NCBI RefSeq assembly: GCF_006345805.1
Contig: NC_042999.1
Coordinates: forward strand, 166,036,001 to 166,100,000
Length of the DNA stretch: 64,000 nt
Reading direction: 5' to 3'
Origin: Octopus sinensis
Lineage: Eukaryota
The translations under genes and the position numbers were made by a program. Shown piece after piece: positions 1 to 12,567 of this stretch (positions within the stretch are counted from its first letter, which is position 1; each line of letters opens with the position of its first letter). The notes under the pieces are model-generated. The model worked only from the letters and a program-made list of their open reading frames with translations. It did not search any database and was not told the origin of the DNA.

Positions 1-760
1 TTACAGTTCCAAGACCAGGCCTGTCAACAAGGTCAAGCAGAGACAGAACAAGGGTCAATGAAAAAACCACCAGCAATCTAATTCCATAGACCCTGAGTTG
101 AAGTGTTACAGATGTGGAACAGCCTATAAAGTGACATATTGCCCCTACAAAGAAATCAGATGCCACTTTTGTGACAAGGAAAGACATTTGGAAACTGCTC
201 ATAAGAAGAAGCAATGACAGCAACAGGAACATTGTTCCCAACTGTCTGTGAAGAGAATCATGAAAGCAGAGCTTGTCAAAACAATTCTTGGTGAAGTTCC
301 CGATGATACTTCTAGGCTAGTTGTGCTAATCACAATCCCTGACCGACAGTTCATGATGGAACTGGACACTGCAACTACAGGAAATTTCATTCCTTTGCTT
401 GTCTGGAAACTAGGAAAACCGAAGCTTGATGATGTCAGACTTCGCTAGGAGTCTGCCAGCAAGCGCATGCTGGGAACTTTTATGAGCCAAACCAAGGATC
501 CAATGAATGGTAAACAAAGCTCAATAATTTACATAGTCACCAAAGTTGCTGGGATGAAATGCTATCCAAACACTGGGAATCTCTGCGGACATTGCTCTCG
601 GACTTAGATGCATATATTCAAATATTCTGCAAGAACATGTCTGGACATGGGGAAATATTGCTTGGAAACGGGTAAGTGTTGACAACAGGAAAGGCATCTG
701 ACCATAGAAAGTCTGTCTCAATAAACTCTGTCCAATCTATGCATGGAATAGTGGACGTTA
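1..760 (+). mobile_element. Degenerate Ty3/Gypsy LTR-retrotransposon gag-protease remnant
   Basis: Reads CYRCG..Y....CPYKEIRCHFCDKERH (decayed tandem zinc knuckles, about 107-200), then MMELDTATTGNFI (aspartic protease DT[G/A] motif, ORF 248-448). Many stops and frameshifts. Confidence 0.7.
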
Positions 761-809
761 ACAGCATGCATACCCAACTTTTGTTTTCTCATCACTTTCC
801 CGCAAAAAA

Positions 810-1165
810 GGCAAAATGGCTGGGTGGTAAGAAGTTTGCTTCCCAACTACATGGTTCCAGGTTCAGTCCCACTATGTGGCACCTTGGGCATGCGGCTTCT
901 ACTATAGCCTTGGGCCAACCAATGTCTTGTGAGTGGATTTGGTAGATGGAAACATACGTGTTCCCCCCACCATCGCTTGACAGCCGGTGTTGGTGTGTTT
1001 ACGTCCCCATATTCTAGAGGTTCGACAAAGAGACCAATAGAATAAATACTAGGCTTAAAAAAGAAAATAATACTGGGATCGATTCATTCGACTAAAAGTT
1101 CCTCAAGCCATTGCCCCAGTATGGCTGCAGTCTAATAACTGAAACTAGTAGAAAATAAAAGATAA
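810..1165 (+). mobile_element. tRNA-derived SINE, family A (head + TA/TG linker + tail)
   Basis: Head TGGCTGGGTGGTAAGAAG...GGTTCAGTCCCAC with A/B-box-like motifs. Tail ...ATGGCTGCAGTCTAATAACTGAAAC. Same family recurs more than 15 times in the window. Confidence 0.85.
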
Positions 1166-1608
1166 ATACTTTTCAGTTAGTGCAGACGACCATTATATTG
1201 GAATTTAATGTAAAAAATAAAATTGTTGGACACACATACAAATATATTGACACATCACAATTTTTTACGATATTTCATGTTTCATTTTATAGATATTGTC
1301 GTGTAGGAGCCCACCATTTTTTTTTCATATTAAATTGCAATACTAATCTCCACCATCTGAAAAGTAGTTGTAGAAAATTCATTAAAAATACTTATTTGTC
1401 GGAAAGTTATGAGGAAAGAAAGCCGAATCGTATGAATTTTCTGAATCCCCTCTCCCTACCCTCGGGAATATTTTTCATAACAGATTCTATTGTAATCAGA
1501 ATTTACATCATCTGAAGCGTATTTATAGAAAATTTCATTAAAGAATATCCATTTTTCTGGAAGTTATGAGGAAACTAAGTGAAGAGGGACAGACTTGTGT
1601 AGGTTTAC

Positions 1609-1812
1609 CGATGATAACACGAATTGTCAAACAGCCACCCACTCCCAAGAATATTAGGATCGGAGCGGCGGATATAGTTCTCCTCTATTCTTTTATGTTC
1701 TGGGTTCAAATCCCGACAACTTCGATATAGCAACACTAGAGCAAGCTCTGTGCTCGTGTCCCGCCCTGGATCGCAACTGGCGCGGTTCGTCGCTTTTGCT
1801 GCAGCTTTCACA
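1609..1812 (-). other. Candidate first exon of a - strand transcript running out of the left edge
   Basis: CpG-rich segment next to the promoter motifs, ending in the donor-like CG|GTAAAC (exon end 1609). No downstream exon identified. Confidence 0.35.
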
Positions 1813-1860
1813 GAGCGGAAGTGAAGCGTTAGTTAAACGGAAGCGGTATACCACGTGATA
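1812..1860. promoter_or_regulatory. CpG-rich core promoter, possibly bidirectional
   Basis: ETS-type GCGGAAGTG (about 1816-1824), CGGAAGC (about 1838) and E-box CACGTG (about 1852-1857), in a CpG-rich island within AT-rich DNA and between divergent donor sites. Confidence 0.55.
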
Positions 1861-1920
1861 AGTACTTGATGTTGGTCCGTTGATACTACTTCAATTTGGT
1901 AATTTACCGGAGCGATGGGG
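1850..1920 (+). other. Probable first (5' UTR) exon of the DUF1647 gene
   Basis: Consensus donor GGG|GTAAGT at 1920/1921 just downstream of the promoter motifs. The link to the 23661 acceptor is inferred. Confidence 0.5.
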
Positions 1921-2543
1921 GTAAGTGCGAACGATTTTCACCTGCATACTGGCCGTGTAGAAGAGAAAGGGAGTGAGAAAGGCTTCTGATGGATCAACGT
2001 GCACCTCTCTTTTAATAACACATTCCAATAGCGATCCGCTTGTTGCTCTGTCTCTCCATATATATGTGAGTCTCTCCCTTTATGTGTGTGTGGCTATCTG
2101 TTTGTATGTGTGTGTGGCTGTCTGTATGTGTGTACATGTATACACACACACACACACTCACAACTCCTATGTATGTGTTTAGGTAGAGAAACATGTTTTG
2201 TGTAAACGATTGCAGGCGAGTGTTCCTTCCTCCGACCACTTCCATCCTCTTCATTCTCTCCTTCTAATCCGTTGCTTTTCCTCTTTTCCACTCATCATAC
2301 GCAGTTATTATCGCCACACACTTTTCATTCTCTCTCTCTCTTGCCTCCACCACAAACATCCATTCGCCTTCATATTAATAAATTTTGCTAAGTGTTTCCT
2401 TTCCGATTCATCCACCCAGGATCGATAAATCAAGTACTCCTAATTTACCGAGATCGAATTACACAACTATTTCTGTGCTTTTTATAACAGAAATTCTTAA
2501 TTCAAATCTCGTTTATGTTGTCTCCAAGCTTTTATTTCCCCAG

Positions 2544-2751
2544 GCTCAATAAAACCTAACACCAGACATGTATCGGAGTCAAATCAATAGAATATAGTCC
2601 TTCCTTTACAAATCCGTAGCTTTATGGTCAGAATGTATGAGATACCAATCTCATACCTTTCTGTTGCTCTTGAGAAATTCGTGAATCTCTCTCAATCACA
2701 TTTTCTCTTTGACATTGACTTATTGTTAAACGGAGTAGCGAATATTTAAAG
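2544..2751 (+). other. Possible additional non-coding exon
   Basis: Acceptor TTTTATTTCCCCAG| at 2543 and donor AAAG|GTATGA at 2751/2752, with no ORF between. Confidence 0.25.
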
Positions 2752-4272
2752 GTATGATTTATTTGAATTATTATCGATTTGCAGCATGCCCACTTCATGC
2801 TCAGTCCTTACTAAATCAACACAAATTATGATTCTGCTTCATCCAGAGCAAAATTTGTAACAACCCCACACCCCCTTCTTTTTGTTTCTCAAGTTAAAAC
2901 AAAATAGATATTCGTCTGAATACCCTTCCCCCTCATACATACTACTTTGATACATCAATCTTTTTTCTCTCTACCTTTCTGCTTCCATTCGTTTAATAAT
3001 GACTTTGGTCATCGATATACCTTATGTAAACAACCACACTCGTTCATATCCTTGACACAACTCCAAACACACCGCACACACGCACTGCGTCTATATGTTG
3101 ATGGCATTTTGCACCTTGCCAACCATCCTCATTTGCTGCCTCGCACCAACCACACCTTTTGCAGGTTTGCACTGATTAATCGTTACCTACAATCTTATCC
3201 TACCAGAAATCTTCTCATGGCTTTATAGGATTTGTTTTTAAATATTGCACTAGTTAATCTGGACGCTATTGAACGGTCTGACTGTATTTAATAGAGTTAG
3301 GGTAAAATATTTACTCTATCGATTTGTGTTTCGCTTTATTTTCCGAACTGGTTTGGTGAGATATTTTAGAAATTCTTTCACAATTCTTGGCTCGCCATTC
3401 ACCTGGAGATATTAATGGAATTGTTTTTCTAATGATTGTCTCCCTTCCTATGTCTTCCACTGACTGGCGGCAACTCCGCAGCTTGGACACAACCAAGCTT
3501 CATATTTTGCACCGCTCTGCTTTTCTGATTTTCTTTTGTTGATTACCTTTTTTTGTTCTCAATATTTCAATTTCAAAAAAGTTATTGTGACACCCACGTG
3601 ACAGTTATAAACGTTATTCATGACACAGAAGACCATTTTAAATGCGGTATCAATCAACAGTAAAGAAAGTTCTTTTTCTTCACAGAAGTACATAATATAA
3701 ATAACAATTTTAATTAAAAAAAAGAAAGATATAAATTAACAATAATAACCTCTCATACAACTCATAATATTTAGAAACTCAATAACAGTTATAACATCAT
3801 ATTACTCGAATAAGTGGAAAGTTTTTGGGGCAAGGTGATTTCCAAAATAAGATACTCAGTAACTCTAAAGCTGCCTACAGTTTAGATCCATGGACTGAGA
3901 ATGACAGCTTTAGGTTCTAAATACACAAAAAGACAGATTAGATTAGATCTCAATTTGTCTTATTTGTGAAAACTATTATTTTTTAATATTTATTTCAAAG
4001 TTATAAATTTAGAGATGTACTTCTAAAAGGAATCTTGTTTAATTGTACCATTAAGTTGGAATTGTTGAAGTTTCATTTTTGTATTAATTAACAGCTCGAA
4101 TGCATCATCAGATGGTAACATAACAACATAGTCTTTTTTCAGTTGAACAAAGGAAATACTTTTGCACTTCAGCCTTTCAGTGGTTGATTACAAAAGCAAG
4201 GTCTCACAATCTCTCGTGGTGACCTCACATTATACCATTGGCAATATTGCATCCCAAAGACTATACTTTACA

Positions 4273-4655
4273 TAGGTGCAGGAGTGGCTGTGTGGTAAGT
4301 AGCTTGCTTATGAACTACATGGTTCCGGGTTCAGTCCCACTGCGTGGCATCTTGGGCAAATGTCTTATACTATAGCATCGGGCCGACCAAAGCCTTGTGA
4401 GTGGATTTGGTAGACAGAAACTGAAAGAAGCCTGTCATATGTATGTATATATATGTATGTGTCTGTATTTGTCACTCTAGCATTGCTTGACAACCGATGC
4501 TGGTGTGTTTATGTCCCCGTCACTTCGCGGTTCAGCAAAAAGAGACCGATAGAATAAGTACTGGGCTTACAAAGAATAAGTCCCGGGGTCAATTTGCTTG
4601 ACTAAAGGCGGTGCTCCAGCATGGCCGCAGTCAAATGACTGAAACAAGTAAAATG
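4273..4655 (+). mobile_element. SINE family A, near full length
   Basis: Complete head (GGTGCAGGAGTGGCTGTGTGGTAAG...), TA/TG linker and tail (GGCGGTGCTCCAGCATGGCCGCAGTCAAATGACTGAAACAAG). Confidence 0.9.
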
Positions 4656-5330
4656 TAACTACCTTAGCCGTGATCAGTTGTGGACCCTCTACAAAGTTCA
4701 TGCAAGTCCCATATTAGAGTAATGCTCTACATACATTACTTTTATCATTGGCATCCATTTCCCCTCTATTGTGTATAAGAAAAGTGTGCCTACTCATTTA
4801 AACTATTTGTAATTAAATGATCTGATCCAAAGAGAAATAGTTTTGTTAGCAATACAGTGCAACAGAAGTAACTAGCTATAAATTGCCAAGCCTACAATCT
4901 GTTGTCTGTTCAAATAATATAATAGTATAGCCAGTTGTTTTTAAAGGAGTCCGTGTATAGCCATCATCATCATTTAACTTCTGTTGTCCATGCTGGTATG
5001 GATTGAACAGTTTGACCAGAGCTGGTAAGGCCAGGGGCTGCACCAAACTCCATTGTCTGTTCTGGCATGGTTTCTACAGCTGGATGCCCTTCTAATGCCA
5101 ATCACTCCAAGAGTGTAGTGGATGCTTTTTATGTGGCATTAGCACCAGTGCCTTTAATGTAGCCTGAACACCAGTATCAGTTCTGCTGTGGTGGACAGGT
5201 CTTCTTGAGTACAGCAAGGGGCCAGATATCGCGGCCCTTTGTTATGTCCTTCATAAGGTTCAGTGTTTTGAAATCAGCCTTCAGTAATTTGTCTGCATCT
5301 TCCTGGGTCTCCCTCTTCCACAAGTTATAT

Positions 5331-5600
5331 CACGTGACTGACCAGACCATCAGATGTTGTTACACATCGCTGGTCACAATGCTTTCGCATTGTTTTAGCC
5401 TTCAAATGACGCCACCCCGCTGGCTAAGCGAGCAGATCAACAGAAGAAAGAGTGGTGAAAGAGTACAGCAGGGACCCCCCCCCTGCCGGAGCCTCGTGGA
5501 GATTTTAGGTGTTTTCGCTCGATAAACACTCACAACGCCCGGTCTGGGAATCGCGACCGCGAGTCCGCTGCCCTAACTACTAGGCCATTGCGCCTCCACA
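5331..5600 (-). mobile_element. Young CpG-rich tRNA-derived SINE with 10-bp TSD
   Basis: - strand head TGTGGAGGCGCAATGGCCTAGTAGTTAGG. Direct repeat CAAGTTATAT at 5321-5330 and 5601-5610. Confidence 0.85.
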
Positions 5601-5869
5601 CAAGTTATATATCTTAACATATTACCATTACAGAAGAAAATATAATTAATCTTCAGAGAGAATATTATTCTTGCTTCAATATTCTGAATTTGTAACTACT
5701 CTTAATTTCTCTTCTTATGGTTAACATTTAATCATATAATACTTGTGTCTATGGCTCTGTTTGATTGAAAAATATTAAAAAAAGTAAATTTTTTCCTGCT
5801 CCTTTTGTGTAAAACTGTGTTAGAAGGCATTTTAAAGCCATAAATCTTCCATTCTTTTAGTAATTAGAA

Positions 5870-6065
5870 ATATTGGTTTCAAATTTTGGCACAAGGTCAG
5901 CAAGTTTTGATGCAAGGCATAAGTCACTTACATCAACCCCAGTCCTCAACTAGTACTTATTTTATTGACATGAAAAGGATGAAAGTTTAAGTTGACCTCA
6001 GCAGAATTTGAACTCAGAGCATAAAGATGGACGAAATGCCACTAAGCATTTTACTTGGCATCCCT
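5870..6065 (-). mobile_element. SINE family B with TTGTGCCAAAATTTGAA-type tail
   Basis: Reverse complement of the GTTCTGAGTTCAAAT..GAGGTCAACTT..CCTTTCATCC body also seen at 10015-10240 and 17838-18063. Confidence 0.7.
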
Positions 6066-6444
6066 TGGTAATTAGAAATATTGATATTATTTTAAACTTC
6101 TTATTTGGCAGTAATGGCTCTGACACCTTGTATTATCATGTGCACTACTTTGATTCACTTGATAAACACTAGTTTGCACTCTGACACTCTAACAAACTGC
6201 AAACTGTCATTAGCTATCCTAAAGTTGTTTTTGTTTTTATAAAATATAGCTGTGAATAATATGTTAAATCTTCATCAGATATTTAATATTAAACAAAAAA
6301 AGTATTCCCTTTATGAATCCACTATAAACTTGTGACTGAAACAGAAAAAGTGTTCGGTAATCTTGGACCCCGAGTCACTTTTATGGTACAGCAGAAGCAT
6401 CTACTACCCAAGACCTGATATGAAAACATTAAAAGAAGTGTTAA

Positions 6445-6663
6445 CCCTTTAGTATTTAAACCGGCAATATCCGGCCAAAATATTTAATCTGTTTTATGTT
6501 CAAACTGACCAGATCCAGGCTCTCACACCTACCCTACAATGTTATTCTACATTAAGTAATTACACCATCAAGATCTTGAAGATATGAGATAATGCATGAT
6601 TAATTCAAATCAATGGGAATCAATAGGCATTATGTTTGATAGAATAATCTGAACACTAAAGGG
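6445..6663. mobile_element. piggyBac-type MITE (219 bp)
   Basis: TTAA|CCCTTTAGT...ACTAAAGGG|TTAA: TTAA target duplication and CCC/GGG-ended TIRs. Homologous copies at 59659-59879 and 57483-58032. Confidence 0.85.
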
Positions 6664-6714
6664 TTAAGAACCATTTAAACCAAGATTTAGACATGAAATC
6701 TGAAAATAAATATG

Positions 6715-7110
6715 TATGAGGTGCAGGTGTGGCTGTGTGGTAAGAAGTTTGCTTCCTAACCACTTAGTTCTGGGTTCAGTCCCACTGCGTGGCACTTTGG
6801 GCAAGGGACTTCTACTATAGCATCAGGCTGACCAAAGCCTTGTCAGTGGATTTGGTAGATGGAAACTGAAAGTTCATCATAATATATATATATATAAATA
6901 TATAATGTGTGTTTGTGTCTCACCACTGCTTGCCAATGGGTGTTGTGTTTACATCCCTGTAACTTAGCAGTTCAGGAAAAAAAACTGATGGAATAAATAC
7001 CAGGTTTAGCCAAAAAATTAAGTACTGGCATCAGTTCATTTGACTAAATGTTCTTCAAGGTGGTGCTCCAGTATGGCTACAGTCTAATGACTGAATCAAG
7101 CAAAAGATAT
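6715..7110 (+). mobile_element. SINE family A
   Basis: Head, TA linker and tail match the 4273-4655 copy. Confidence 0.85.
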
Positions 7111-7809
7111 GTATATAATCTCCACTATTCCTCACTGTTGGGATTACAATTCCTTATTTATTAGATATGATGATTACTCAAGATTTAGTAATTTTTTTTT
7201 TGGCTAAGAGTCTTACTGTGATAGAAAATATGTTATTTCTTGTTATTATTGTAAACATTGTGAAGCAGTGTAATGGTCCTACTCAGTCCAAAATGTTGAA
7301 CTATTTTATTTGTAGGAGGTAAGTTCTTTCAGTTTGTAGTTCATTGAACCAAAACACTGACAACTTGTTGTTTAACCCCAGGTTAAGCAGACTTATAATT
7401 ATGGATTTTCCAGCCATGACCATTGTGTTTCCTTCCAAATATAGCGTCTCTAAGACAACATTATTGTGTTCTGTCAGTTTACACACCACTGTAATCAAAT
7501 CACATTCATTAACTATAATAAAAGCATTTTTGTTCTTGTCATCAGTAACAAGCTTTTTCTGACTCACATTCTATCAACTGTAGCATGCCTCTGAGTTCTG
7601 TCTTACATTTATTTCATATCTTAGTGACATGTGTCACTTTCCACATACACACACTGGTAAATGCACTTCCTTAACATTCTGCAAACAGTCAACATTCACT
7701 TGCAACCTAAGCATTTCATGGGCATAATAACCTATTCCCATTCAACTGCACTGAAAGGCAGTCACTATACATATACCACAGAAACAATTTTGAAGCTCTA
7801 TGCTCTCCT

Positions 7810-9175
7810 AACTCATGAAGTTAAAACTCCTTAAGTTGCTACACATAACTGGCACATAAAAAGAGCACTGTACGAACGTTGGGCCTCACGGAGGTGATGA
7901 CAAGTGACTGAGACTGTTGGGGCTGTCAAGCCAGGTGAAATTGTAGTTGTGGTCGATGCCTGTGTCATGTAATTGGCATCCAGTTACTGGCAACAGTAGC
8001 ACATAAAATGCACCCGTTACACTCTTGGAGTGGTTGGCATTAGGAAGGACATCCAGCCATAGAAACCATTGCCAAATCAGACTGGAACCTGGTGCAGCTC
8101 TCCAGCTTATCAGTTCCAGTCAACTGTCTAATCTATGCCTGCATGGAAAGCAGACACTAAACGATGATGATGATGATGATGCATCCTCATTTCTCTTGAC
8201 AATTTCATATGTATAACATTGCCATACCATCATCATCATGATGATTGTTTAATGTCCACTTCTCCATTTTTGCATAGGTTGGGCAGAATTTGTTGAGGTG
8301 GATTTTGGTGCAGCTGGATGCCCTTCCTGTTACCAACCCTCACCTGTTTCCATGTTGGTAATTTTACCCATAACCAGACATGTTTACATGGGAGATTGGA
8401 ATGGAAGGACACTGACTGCATGATAGTAACACTCATTTACAATTCTCACTGACAGTCAAGGCAAGGATATAGTAACACACACACACATGTATATATGACA
8501 CGTTTCTATCAGTTCCCATCTACCAAATCCACTCAGGACTTTCATCAACTTGGGGCTATAGTAGAAGACACTTGTCCAAGGGGCCTTACAGTGGGACTAA
8601 ACCTGAGACTAAACCACACAGCCACACCTGTGTCTATCCAAAAGAAATTTATATATACACATATTGCGCTTACGAAGACCTGTTGAGTGAAGTGAAGTCA
8701 TTGTCATGGCTGATGCCAGTACTGCCATGGATTGCCACCCATGCCGGTGGCACATAAAAAAGTACCACTCGAGTGTGGTCATTACTAATGCTGCCTGACC
8801 AGCACGGGTGCCAGTAGCATGTAAAAGGCACCATTCGAGTGTGGTCGATGCCAGTGGTACGTAAAAAGCACCACTTGAATGTAGTTGTTACCAGTGATGC
8901 CTGACCGGCTCCTGTGCCGGTAGCATGTAAAAAGCACTATTCAAGCATGGTCGATACCAGTACCGTTGGACTAGCCCTCGTGCTGGTGGCACATAAAAAG
9001 CACCAAACTATTAGAGTAGTTGGTGTTAGGAAGAACATCCAGCTGTAGAAACTCTGCCAGATCAGATTGGAGCCTGGTGCAGCCTTCTGGCTTTGCCAGC
9101 CGTCAGTCAAATTGTCCAACACATGCCAGCATGGAAAGCAGATGTTAAACGCCGATGATGATGATGATGATATAT
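7810..9175. mobile_element. Cluster of RTE 3'-UTR-derived repeats (7810-8185 +, 8230-8460 -, 8660-9175 +) and a SINE A head (8500-8630 -)
   Basis: Match the 3' UTR of the RTE LINE at 27000-27606 (GGAGTGGTTGGCGTTAGGAAGGGCATCCAGC...(GAT)n), including its internal tandem repeats. Confidence 0.8.
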
Positions 9176-10014
9176 ATATATATATATATATATCAGTTAC
9201 ATCCCAAACAATAAGTTAGCTAGGCATTTGTAAACCACAACTCAAATAACACTTTCACTGCCCATAATAGATACCTTATACAATAACCACTTAAAATAAG
9301 ACAACACACACATACTCAACACAGCAAATGTCCAATAAAATAACAATGCACACTATTGTATAATTGATACCTATCATTACAATACTAATAATTTATGTAG
9401 TTCACATTCTACATTGCTCCAATTCTTTAATGCTAGGTAGAATATACTGAAACACAAAACACCAGCTTCACACCACATACAAAGCCTATTCACCACTCAA
9501 CAAATAGCACAACTCACATAGGACATATTTTGCATAACAAAAGCAACAAAATAACTCCAGCAACAACAAACCAAACACCATAGCAAAGGAAAGCTAACAG
9601 GTCTACTCTCTCAAAAGCAATACTACACACACACGTAAAGAGCATAGAGATACGTCTCGTGAAGAAGTGGAAACTCATATAAAACTATTATAAAACATAA
9701 CTAGCAGCACCCCTTGGAAATTCCACTGTTTGTTTGAAGACTAAGATGGGCAGAAGTTTATGGAGAAGCATGAACTAAGATTTCTTTTGACATTGTTTTT
9801 CTTTTTTAAACATTTGATTCTTTAGGTGGTGTAAAATTCCATATAAGGTAGTATGAATGTATAGTCTAAGGAGAAAGCTATACTCCTTGTTACATATTTG
9901 TCACCTCCTCTATCTTGAGAGTTGTTATCTACTATTATTTTTTCACTTTATGTTGAGAAGTAAACACTCCTAACTATGGAAAAAATTGAAGATATAATAT
10001 GTCTCTGCTACTGT

Positions 10015-10240
10015 AAGGCAGTGAGCTGGTAGAATTGTTAGCATGTTGGGCAAAATGCTTAGCAACATTTTATCTGTCTTTTAATGTTCTGAGTTCAAAT
10101 ACTGCTGAGGTCAACTTTGCCTTTCATCTTCTTGGGGTTGGTAAAATAAGCACCAGTTGAGTACTGGGATTGATGTAACCAATTTACCCCCTCCTGGAAA
10201 TTCCCGACCTTGTGCCAAAATTTGAAGACAATGTTATTCT
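10015..10240 (+). mobile_element. SINE family B
   Basis: tRNA-like head GGCAGTGAGCTGGTAGAA...GTTCTGAGTTCAAAT and tail TTGTGCCAAAATTTGAA. Confidence 0.75.
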
Positions 10241-11045
10241 GTTACTGTATGAGAACATTGGTAAAGAAAAATTGTTATATACTCTATTCCATTCTCATTT
10301 TCATATCAGAGAAAAATTGATAAGGCTTGAACCGAAAGACCCAGTGAAGGAAGTATAATAACTGCACCACTGAGCTAAAAGAACATAATCTAAGTACAGG
10401 TATGGCTCATCACCATCATTATCGTTTGAGGTCCATTTTGGGTTGGATGTTTGACTGAATCTGTCACACTGCAAAGTTGCATTGAGCTCCAGTCTCAGAT
10501 TTGGTATGGCTTCTATGGGTGGGTACTCTTTTCTTCTTTTTTTTTTTAACAGAAAAAGAATGGGGAAAAAGAAAAAAACTCCCACTACTAAGGGGACTAT
10601 TCGGGTGGGGAAGGTGGAAGTGGATGGCTTTATGCCAGTTGTTGAAAGGCTAAATAAAGGAACAAGGGCAGGTGTTTTACTATAGAGCAGATACATGAGC
10701 ATAGGAGAGGATGCAAACAGTTGCTATGGGGAGAGAAGAGCAACAGAAGACAAGTGGAGGTGAATATAGTGTGTGATAGACAAGGGTGGAAGTGCTTTTG
10801 AAAAGGAATAGCTGTATGGAGAGGAGTCAGGTGAAAGATATAGGAGTGACTGTGGAAGGAGAATAGGTTGGAATGTGGTGGGATGATGTGCAAGGTTTAG
10901 GAACAGTGGAGAGGGTGATAGAGAGGTACACAGAGGATTTAGTAAGTGGGGCATGATGATAGATATGTGATATGGTCCCACATTATGATGACGTCCTTTT
11001 GTCGTCGTCTGCGTGACTGGCCTGAACAGCGTACCTCTCTGACCG

Positions 11046-12561
11046 TATTTCTTTATTTGGCCATTCAGGGCCTAACATAGACGGGACAAACAAGGACAGA
11101 TAAAATAACAAAGTAGGGAAAAATCAAATCAAATGAAAAGAATGGTAATGGTAAATGAAAAGGTGGAACAACATCAACTCAAAACCCCACACTCTAGATA
11201 ACATCATTGAACATTTTTAGAAAGAGTTTTGAAGAGTTGTTCTATTTTTGTCTGTTTGTCCTTGCTGTGTGTTGCTTGTGTTGTATATTCAGTGTCCTTT
11301 TTTGGAGTTTCTTTTTCCTCTTTACTGTCTGTGTTTGTAATGTATATTGTCTGCGATTGTATCTGTTCTTGTGCATTCGTTTTTAAGCTTTTTGTGTTTG
11401 TTGAAGGAAGAGAAAGAGAACTTGTTTTTTCCTTTGTCCTCCCTGCAACTGACCATTCCTCTTCACTTACCTTGGTAGTTGTGGACGGTCCAACTTCCTC
11501 TGGCACGCAATTCTCCCTCTCCGTTGTCTTCTCTTCCTCTTCACCTGGAGCCTCCTCATTCAGCTTCTCTTGCTGTTCCCTTGGTTCATCTTGTCTTTTT
11601 CCTTGTGCTTCAGGTTTGAAGGGCTTGGGAGCACGGTTTCCTTATGTGCCCCTTTAGTCTGTACTCGAAACATCTTGGGATTCTGCCCTGTATTGAGACT
11701 CTCAGTTTTGTCTCATCTGGCAGAATTATAAATTCTGGAATTTCCTCCAGTTCTGCTGGTGTGGCTTGAAGTGTCACTGAAAGACTCCCACCACACCAGT
11801 TCTGCACTTTTTCTCCTTGAATTCCAGCAGTGTCACCTCCTTGATATTGGAGCAAACAGCTGCCAGAAGCCACACCGATCTAATTTCAGGTGGATAACCT
11901 ATTGCAATTTTTGTGGTTCTTTTACCAAGGTATGACGGTAAAAGAGCCAGCTCCTTTGTCTGCAGGATGATCATGGAATCATCCCTAGTGTCGTATTCTG
12001 ACATGGATTATACCTCCACAGTACTGAATTTCTTTCTTCTTTTCATGAATGCCACGTTGGCTTTAGGGCCTTTCCAGTTTCTTCGGTAGATGCTACCTCT
12101 ATTTTCTTTGCTTTAAGAGATAGTGTTCTATGAATTATTGTTCTTTTTTCTGTTTCCTGTGTGGCTTCCTTGTGAGGGGAGTTAATCTCATGTTTGCTCC
12201 CTCTCTCCGCAGAATTGGTTGAAATTTTTCCATGGCCTTTGGCCTGATGTTGTATCTTCTTTGCTTTTTACTGACCACTGCTGCATAATCATCCACACTT
12301 TCTTCTGAGTCGCTTTGTACTCTGAGTCGACACTCTTCAGTAGCTCCAGCACTTCATACAAATCACTAGTCATTTTGTGCAGATGCAATTCCCACAAAAA
12401 ATGCAAACAATTCACCCCTAACAGGGTTACAACAGGAGAACTAAGGTTGTTCAGGTGAGCAATGTGCCGAAAGACACTGACCAGTTTTAAACACGAGGTA
12501 GTCCCAAAGAGAACAACATCAAACAATAAATAACCATTCACAACTCAAAGGTGTAGCTTGG
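11046..12561 (-). mobile_element. ORF1-only non-LTR retroelement, copy B (about 1.5 kb)
   Basis: 5' UTR, decayed ORF about 12373-11204 (LLPSYLGKR..PPEI..WLLAAV..IPEFIILPDETKLRVSIQGRIPRCFEYRLKGHIRKPC, a degenerate CCHC knuckle), 3' UTR with stem-loop and AATAAA. No EN/RT sequence. Confidence 0.75.
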
Positions 12562-12567
12562 TGACTG

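Noticed and set aside
1690-1810. B-box-like GGTTCAAATCCC suggesting a tRNA gene
   Set aside because: No cloverleaf could be folded. The other A/B-box hits in the window are SINE heads, so no tRNA gene is called.
10985-11043. C/D-box snoRNA-like ATGATGA...CTGA
   Set aside because: It lies inside the duplicated LTR sequence, has no terminal stem, and no rRNA guide was recognised.
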